Shown: piece by piece, positions 63,065 to 64,000 of the stretch
Position numbering within the stretch: position 1 is the stretch's first letter
Layout: the number at the start of each line of letters is the position of its first letter
Assembly: GCA_964035545.1 (NCBI GenBank)
Contig: OZ037765.1
Location: 19,840,995-19,904,994, forward strand
Reading direction: 5' to 3'
Origin: Bugula neritina
Lineage: Eukaryota; Animalia; Bryozoa
Length of the DNA: 64,000 nt
Position numbers and translations under genes: made by a program
Notes under the pieces: model-generated
Told to the model about the DNA's origin: nothing
Database searches by the model: none
What the model saw: only the letters and a program-made list of their open reading frames with translations

Positions 63065-64000
63065 AATTGGCTTTGAAATCCTTGGTGAAGGCCAAGTTCA
63101 ATTGACCATGCTACTTCCTAAAGTAACATCCTGTCTCTGCAAAGCTAGATTAGTTTGCTACTTTTTAGATCCGTTTATGTACTTATTATACACACATTTA
63201 TTTATATAGTTATGTCTGACTGTGGACGTAATATGTTTGAACTATAAGAACAGGTTTTTAATATTTATTTTTGGTTTCTTGTTGTTGCTATGTGGATGTA
63301 TTATAAATGATCTGCCTATTTATCTCCTTTTCATTCATATTCGTGCACTTCTACTTGTTTTTATTGCTGGTATATTAATTATAGTGTTGGCTGTCTCAAT
63401 TAGCATGAGAACATGTAATTATTTTACAACAATATTTTCGCTGTGATGCAATTTTTTCACTGTTGATGAACATCACTTAATGTTACTTTATTCATACTCA
63501 GTTCATAGTTTTTGATGAAGTTTCATTCGTATGATTTGCCATTGCTTCAAGGCTAAACCCACCAAATGCTTCGTTGTGTTATTATTTAGTATGAGTAGTG
63601 TAGCATTGCACTATTGTACTTTTCACCATCATGTTTATACATGCTTCTGGTTTACTAGTTCATCATTGGTTGCAGACTATACCTAACAGGAGGTAAAATC
63701 TTGGCTGCAATCAAGTTAATTAAATCATGTTCATTATCATGTAGTTTTTTACAAGTTTACTCTTCAAGAGAGATGTGTATATAGTTTACTTTTTACGTTA
63801 TCAACAAATATAATTGAGTTTATAAATTTATAATGCAATACAAACTGATTTGTCTACAATTTCATATGCTTCCGAACTCAAATCACAATAACACTTTGCT
63901 TGAAAAGTTCCAGTATTTTATAATTTATAACATGGCTGTCTGCCAACTAGGTTGCTATAGTAACCTAACCAGTGCTTGCTGTACAGAGAAATGACACAAA

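Noticed and set aside
63222-63446. Hydrophobic 74 aa ORF after CCDC102A
   Set aside because: GTG start in T-rich 3' UTR; hydrophobicity follows from base composition.

Overview
AT-rich, intron-rich eukaryotic DNA from an invertebrate animal; the species cannot be determined from the sequence. I reconstructed six spliced genes by hand, with phase-consistent GT-AG junctions. They are: FGFRL1/nou-darake-like kinase-less FGF receptor (+, first exon not found), a bacterial/mitochondrial-type tyrosyl-tRNA synthetase (YARS2-like, -), EXOC6/Sec15 (+), a divergent class A peptide-type GPCR (+), KCTD9 (-) and CCDC102A (+). Repeats include a 5'-truncated CR1/L2-type LINE, a ~2.9 kb foldback element with ~890 bp inverted arms, three MITE families (one nested pair), a tRNA-derived SINE head, hairpins and a ~1.7 kb CTA/CTG microsatellite. 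Most notable: (1) the TyrRS keeps its catalytic motifs but appears to lack the S4-like domain, most anticodon-domain conservation and an obvious presequence, and has a basic insertion; (2) a 37-codon ORF in EXOC6 intron 1 repeats the Sec15 HxQGFI[DE]A motif with synonymous-type divergence; (3) the foldback element and its collapsed MITE relatives; (4) a 14-bp tandem array of splice-donor/E-box words in a CCDC102A intron. No database searches were run; family calls rest on recalled motifs.
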